Below are positions 59,302 to 64,000 of a stretch of DNA of 64,000 nucleotides, piece after piece. Below the pieces are notes generated by a model. The model had not been told where the DNA came from. It did no database searches and saw only the letters and a program-made list of their open reading frames with translations. The stretch lies in the NCBI GenBank assembly GCA_963827135.1, contig CAWGZX010000004.1, forward strand, positions 69,521 to 133,520, read 5' to 3'. Made by a program: the position numbers and the translations under genes. The stretch's first letter is position 1, and the number at the start of each line of letters is the position of its first letter. This stretch comes from Methanomassiliicoccaceae archaeon. GTDB lineage: Archaea > Thermoplasmatota > Thermoplasmata > Methanomassiliicoccales > UBA472.

Positions 59302-60323
59302 CTTCCCATCCCCTCCATCACCCTCAGCACGTCGCCGACATTGAACGAGCCGCTCTTCGCGGTGCCCCTCTTGCCCTCGAACTCCCCCTCCGATATCTCC
59401 GACCCGTTGCGGAAGAAGCGATAGGTGAAGAACAGGACCGCCAGGCCTACGGCAAGGCCCCCTATGGCCAGGAACCCGCTGTTCTCTCCCCCGGAGAAGA
59501 CCGCGCCCAATATGCCGAAGCCGGACACGAGGCCGGCCACGGCCGAACCGCCTGTGATGGCGAGGCTCTGGAACAATGGGTCACCCGGAGCTCTTCCCGA
59601 GAGCACCTGACCAGTGACCCCGTCCACCGTGACCACGTACATCCTGTCCCGGTACGAATAGCGCACCACCCAGATCGGGTAGTAGAGCACGCTCATCTTC
59701 CTCGGGATGGCGTAGATCCGTTCGAAGGTTATGTGAGGGACGCCGGAGCTTCGTCTTGCGTTCGCCACCGCCTCCGCCTCAGCGAGCTTGACCGCGTCGT
59801 CCACGGAGCTCGTGGTCTCGAAGGTCGGTATCATGTTGAAGTCCTCTAGGGTCCGTTCGCCGGAGAAGTTGCGAAGGCTGTGGATCCCCAGGTCGCCCGG
59901 GTCGCAGGCTATCTGCGAGTAGTGGACGTCCTGGAGCACCATGACCTCCTTGGGCACGCGCTCGGTCCGGGTGTTGCCCTTGCTGTCCGAGTGCCGTCTC
60001 TCCTCGTAGCCGCAAACCCAGCCCGCGACCTTGGTGGTCGTGGACCAGAAGGGCAGGTAGATGGGATAGAGCTCCGTGACCTTGCCGAACTTCTTCAGGT
60101 CCCTGGCCTTCCATCCCTTCCTCCACCAGGACTCAGCTGCCTGCATCACGCGCTGCGGGTCCATCTTGTTCTTGAATGCCACGGTCTGGACCCCTTTGTC
60201 GCCTTCGATGAAGAGCATGGAGTCGCAGTAGCGGCAGTTGACCACGCTCTCGCCCTCCTCGATGTTCAGGGCTCCGCCGCACGAGGGGCAGTTCATTCCC
60301 ACGGAAAGGCTCTCATCTGCCAT
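59298..60323 (-). CDS. Zinc-ribbon protein with two C-terminal TM helices
   Basis: CPSCG..CRYC; YLPFW, YYPIW, VDGVTGQV..GRAP. Confidence 0.87.
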   Translation of the reverse strand: MADESLSVGMNCPSCGGALNIEEGESVVNCRYCDSMLFIEGDKGVQTVAFKNKMDPQRVMQAAESWWRKGWKARDLKKFGKVTELYPIYLPFWSTTTKVAGWVCGYEERRHSDSKGNTRTERVPKEVMVLQDVHYSQIACDPGDLGIHSLRNFSGERTLEDFNMIPTFETTSSVDDAVKLAEAEAVANARRSSGVPHITFERIYAIPRKMSVLYYPIWVVRYSYRDRMYVVTVDGVTGQVLSGRAPGDPLFQSLAITGGSAVAGLVSGFGILGAVFSGGENSGFLAIGGLAVGLAVLFFTYRFFRNGSEISEGEFEGKRGTAKSGSFNVGDVLRVMEGMGR

Positions 60324-60326
60324 GTC

Positions 60327-61076
60327 TCACATCCTCCAGGCGACGAATAGGGAGGCGCCGAAAACCCCCGCCACGGTGACAGCGATCAGAATGGCCGCCA
60401 GCCCTGGATTGGCACCCGCTAGCAATGCCTCCCCCATGAAGGCCAAGAAACCGACCCCCGCCACGGCCATGTAAGGGCCGGACCCCCGCTTGGGGAAGTC
60501 GGAGGCATACACCTCGCCCGAGGAGCCGTCGATGACCACTTGGTAGCGCTTGCCCTCGTGGACGTAGTCGAGGGTCCAGATTGGAAAGAAGACCAGAGCC
60601 TGCTCCCTCCCCGTCCCCGGGAGCTTGTCTAAATAGGCGCTCATCTCGATGTCCGGCTGGATCATCGGTACGCCTCCTAGGTCGTATTGCGCATCGAACA
60701 CCTTCAGGTCCCCGGCGGGCACCTTGAGCTCGTGCAGGCCTGGAAGCGTCGTGGACCCTGCTGGCTCCACGCGCACCACCTCCTTGCCATCCACCGTGCG
60801 TTTGAACATGTAGACGGGGAAGTACTGCCTCTTCGAGCCGGCCAGCTGTGCCCTCTGATCGAGGTATTTGGCCTTGGTCGGGCCTGCCGCCCAGCGCTTG
60901 AAGACGCCGACGGCGTTGTCCTCCTTGACCATGAAGGGCAGGATGTAGTAGAACCCAGCTCCCGATCGGTCGATGAAGATCAGCGATGAGCAATAGCTGC
61001 AGTGGACGAACTTGTTCCCCGCGTCGAAGTCCACCTTGGCCCCGCACTTGGGGCAGCCGACGGAAGCCGTTCCCAT
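60327..61076 (-). CDS. Zinc-ribbon protein with two C-terminal TM helices (paralogous architecture)
   Basis: CPKCG..CSYC; YFPVY, FFPIW, IDGSSGEV. Confidence 0.87.
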   Translation of the reverse strand: MGTASVGCPKCGAKVDFDAGNKFVHCSYCSSLIFIDRSGAGFYYILPFMVKEDNAVGVFKRWAAGPTKAKYLDQRAQLAGSKRQYFPVYMFKRTVDGKEVVRVEPAGSTTLPGLHELKVPAGDLKVFDAQYDLGGVPMIQPDIEMSAYLDKLPGTGREQALVFFPIWTLDYVHEGKRYQVVIDGSSGEVYASDFPKRGSGPYMAVAGVGFLAFMGEALLAGANPGLAAILIAVTVAGVFGASLFVAWRM

Positions 61077-61092
61077 CCCTCCTTGCTTCTAT

Positions 61093-62217
61093 CTACGTCG
61101 GCTTGCCGCACTCCGGGCAGAACTTGACGTTGAGCGCGACCTCCGCCCCGCAATTGGCGCACTTCTTCTTCGGCGCGTTCATGGCCGTGCCGCAGTTGGG
61201 GCAGAACTTGGCACCTTCCGCCACCTTCTCGCCGCACTGAGGGCAGGGCACCATGGAAACGACCATCTTGGCTCCACACTCGCCGCAGAACTTTGCCCCG
61301 ACGGGGTTCTGCGATCCACACTTGGGGCAGAGCATGACCGCGCCTGCGGCCGCCGCCTGTTGGCCCGGACCTGGGGTCGAGCCGGCCTGGCGCATGCTGT
61401 CTATCATCTGGTAGCCCATGCCGACTCCCGCTCCGACTCCTACGCCTACACCTGCCGCTCCGCCGGAGGGGTTGTTGGCGGCCTCCCGCATCGCCTGCCC
61501 GGTCTGGTACTGCATGTAGTTCGCGCCCACCACGGTCATGGAGGCGCGGGTGTCCACCGCCTTCTGCACTTCCTCGGGCAGCGATATGTACAGGCCGGAG
61601 ATCTTGTCGATGATGACGCCATAGAGCTCGAAGTGGTCCGCAGCGCGCGACAGCACCACCTGTTCGATGTTGGTCAGGTTCGCGGCGATGTCCGCAACGC
61701 CCAATCCCTGGTTCTTCATGTCGCCCAAGGAGTCGTAGATGAGTATGACCATCTGCTCCTTGACGCGCTCCTCGACCTCCGCGGACGTGGCATAGTTGAA
61801 CGTTCCCACGAACTGGTTCACGAAGTTGGCGGGGTTCGCCACCTTGTAACGGAACTCGCCGAAGACGCGCAGGTTGACCATCCCGAACTCCTTGTCACGG
61901 AACTGATAGGGCTGCTTGGAACCGTACTTGCCGTCGAAGGCCCTCTTCTGCAGGTAGATCAACTCGGCCTGCTGCACCACCCCGGACAAGGACTTCACTA
62001 TCTTGCCCACGATCGGCGCGTTCAGCGACGTCAGCGCGTAACGGTCCGGACGGTCGATGTAATCCAGCACCTTGCCGTCACGGTAGAAGACGGCGATCTC
62101 GTCCTCCCTGACCACGATGTTGTCGTTGAACTTGATGTTCCGCGGCAGCCGGTACATGATGTTGCCACGCTTGTCGATATCCTCCCACTTGAATGTCTCC
62201 GATCCGATGAGGCTCAT
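61093..62217 (-). CDS. SPFH (band 7)-domain protein with C-terminal zinc ribbons
   Basis: IVVREDEIAVFYRDG, VNLRVFG, GVGVGAGVGMG, three CxxCG..FCxxCG ribbons. Confidence 0.92.
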   Translation of the reverse strand: MSLIGSETFKWEDIDKRGNIMYRLPRNIKFNDNIVVREDEIAVFYRDGKVLDYIDRPDRYALTSLNAPIVGKIVKSLSGVVQQAELIYLQKRAFDGKYGSKQPYQFRDKEFGMVNLRVFGEFRYKVANPANFVNQFVGTFNYATSAEVEERVKEQMVILIYDSLGDMKNQGLGVADIAANLTNIEQVVLSRAADHFELYGVIIDKISGLYISLPEEVQKAVDTRASMTVVGANYMQYQTGQAMREAANNPSGGAAGVGVGVGAGVGMGYQMIDSMRQAGSTPGPGQQAAAAGAVMLCPKCGSQNPVGAKFCGECGAKMVVSMVPCPQCGEKVAEGAKFCPNCGTAMNAPKKKCANCGAEVALNVKFCPECGKPT

Positions 62218-62221
62218 GTCT

Positions 62222-62749
62222 CTACACCTCCGTTCCAGTTATGGCCAGCTTGCGCTTTGAGAACTTGTCCTCGAAGGCGTTGAGGGAGGTCTTAATCCCC
62301 TTGATCTCAACGTCCGCCTCGGCTCCGTTCTCAGCGTCGAGAGCGGAACGCAGCCTGTCCACCCCCCATGACATGGCATTGATGTCGTTGATCATGCCCG
62401 CGTCGTACTCATAGAGGTGATTCAGCTCGCTCTCCTTGATCTTCAGGTCGGCGGCAATTCCGGAGTAGCCCACGTCCGCATGCTGCACGGCTCCCTCGAT
62501 CTTCTTGAAGTTGTTGACCAGCCTGCCGATGGCGTCCAGCTGGGGCGATGTGAAGTCCTTTACCGAGGAGCGGCAGTCCTCCAGCCCCCGTCTCACCAAG
62601 CCGAGCTGCTTAGCCATCTGAGATCGGAGCATGCGGTCCGAGTCCCTCAGGTCCTCTCGAATGCGATATCCACGGAAGCCAGGGACGAAGAGCTGAATCG
62701 TCTTCAGCAGTCCCCGGTCATCCTCGACCCTTTTCCTTATGTCTGCCAT
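62222..62749 (-). CDS. Conserved helical hypothetical protein (first gene of SPFH operon)
   Basis: IPG-like FVPGFRGY..R..D pattern, LYEYD; 4 bp from the SPFH gene. Confidence 0.8.
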   Translation of the reverse strand: MADIRKRVEDDRGLLKTIQLFVPGFRGYRIREDLRDSDRMLRSQMAKQLGLVRRGLEDCRSSVKDFTSPQLDAIGRLVNNFKKIEGAVQHADVGYSGIAADLKIKESELNHLYEYDAGMINDINAMSWGVDRLRSALDAENGAEADVEIKGIKTSLNAFEDKFSKRKLAITGTEV

Positions 62750-62919
62750 CTTAGGTCCTCCCGACCTAGCGAAATAATAAAATCACCTGCTCTTAAAATT
62801 ATGCCCAGCCAGGAGTCCGCCCCTCGACATCTTGTTGGGCTGGAGACAAAATTAGCCCTTCCTCAACCCACTTTATTAAAAGGAAATACCTTATATATCG
62901 ACCAGCAATTGCGTCCAGG

Positions 62920-63957
62920 ATGGGTGGTATGGTGGACCGGAAGAGAATCGCGCTGGTCGGATATGGGAACGTCGGGAAGGCGCTCGTTGACATGCTCGCT
63001 CAGGTCGACCCTGAGGGCAAGAGGTTCGTCTTCTCCGCCATTTGCTCCCGATCCATTGGTGTCGCAAACCTAAAGGACCTAGCTCCGGAGAAGGTGGAGA
63101 GGAAGCTCAAAGCCAATAAGGGCGATGCTAAGGCCTACAACCCCGAGGAGAGGGTCAGGGAGATCAAGGCCTACCTGAAGGAGAGCGACTACGATATGCT
63201 GGTGGAGACCACCTCTGCCGATTATGAGACCGGGGAACCGGCGCTGTCCTACATCATCACGGCCCTGGATCGGGGGATCGATGTCGTGACCTGCAATAAA
63301 GGCCCGATCGCCCTGCATTTCATGGAGCTGCAGCAGGCGGCATCGCGATCCAACGCCTCGTTGAAGTTCGAGAGCACGGTGATGGACGGCACTCCGGTCT
63401 TCTCACTGTTCAAGAGCCTCCCCCCAGTGAAGCTCAAGAAGATCAGGGGCGTGTTCAATTCTACCACTGGCATCATCATCGACAATATGATGGAGGGCAA
63501 GAATTTCGAGCAGGGCATGAAGCGGGCCAAGGCCATCGGCATGACCGAGACCGACCCGGTCCACGACCTCGCTGGCATGGACGCCGCGGCGAAGCTCGTC
63601 ATTCTCTGCACTGCCTTGGCCAACCACGGCATCAAGCTCTCGGACGTCAAGCGCGAGCAGATAACCGAGGAATCGCTGCGTAGGCTTGTGACCAAGGTGA
63701 AGGGCGACAAGTGCGTGCGCATAAGGCAGGTCGCCACCGCTGACTTCGAGAAGAAGGAGTTCAAGGTGGGGCTCGAGGTGCTCAAGCCCGAGGACATGCT
63801 CTTCTCCTGCTCCGGGGCGTCCAACGCCGCCATATTCTCAATGGACCTGTTCGGGGAGATGGTCATCGCGGAGAGGGACCCGACCCTGAGGGAGACGGCG
63901 TTCGGAATCTACTCGGACATCGTGGACCTCTACTCGAAGGACACGTGCTATTATTGA
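62920..63957 (+). CDS. hom: Homoserine dehydrogenase
   Basis: GYGNVG, VVTCNKGP, FESTVMDGTP, GVFNSTT, ETDPVHDLAGMDAAAK. Confidence 0.92.
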   Translation: MGGMVDRKRIALVGYGNVGKALVDMLAQVDPEGKRFVFSAICSRSIGVANLKDLAPEKVERKLKANKGDAKAYNPEERVREIKAYLKESDYDMLVETTSADYETGEPALSYIITALDRGIDVVTCNKGPIALHFMELQQAASRSNASLKFESTVMDGTPVFSLFKSLPPVKLKKIRGVFNSTTGIIIDNMMEGKNFEQGMKRAKAIGMTETDPVHDLAGMDAAAKLVILCTALANHGIKLSDVKREQITEESLRRLVTKVKGDKCVRIRQVATADFEKKEFKVGLEVLKPEDMLFSCSGASNAAIFSMDLFGEMVIAERDPTLRETAFGIYSDIVDLYSKDTCYY

Positions 63958-64000
63958 GGTCTTCAAGAGGATGGCTGGGACTTGGCGTCGGCAATACTGA

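Noticed and set aside
1-64000. CRISPR array or rRNA
   Set aside because: I saw no regularly spaced repeats and no rRNA-like sequence on reading; not computed.

Overview
Archaeal chromosomal window, most likely Thermoplasmatota/Methanomassiliicoccales-like. This is inferred from archaeal-type SRP54, TrmY, PheT, class I HMG-CoA reductase, GvpD/KaiC-like ATPase, TATA-type promoters and tRNAs; no methanogenesis gene is present to confirm it. It contains about 65 CDSs, three tRNAs (Ala-CGC, Ser-TGA, Ile-GAT) and no rRNA or CRISPR array. Top highlight: a three-gene operon (11690->8337) in which a radical SAM/SPASM enzyme with a PqqD/RRE-like N-terminus is coupled (ATGA overlap) to a DUF2207-like membrane protein ending in (Cys-Ala)6-GGGR, a candidate RiPP-like modification of a membrane protein tail. 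A five-gene SPFH/zinc-ribbon membrane operon (58708-62749) may be its partner. An 8.6 kb element is integrated in tRNA-Ile (35-bp direct repeats at 37005 and 45601). It carries a broken tyrosine integrase and broken defence-type cargo (AIPR, PD-(D/E)xK-like, DUF4145) and is followed by a remnant of a second integrase. Other points: a Ku + ATP-dependent ligase NHEJ pair, tandem class I and class II HMG-CoA reductases, a CoaD-YjjX fusion, a tandem pair of small 8-Cys paralogues (one missed by the ORF track) and two candidate structured RNAs. Many single-base frameshifts, including one in the essential pheT, suggest uncorrected assembly indels, so all pseudogene calls are provisional.
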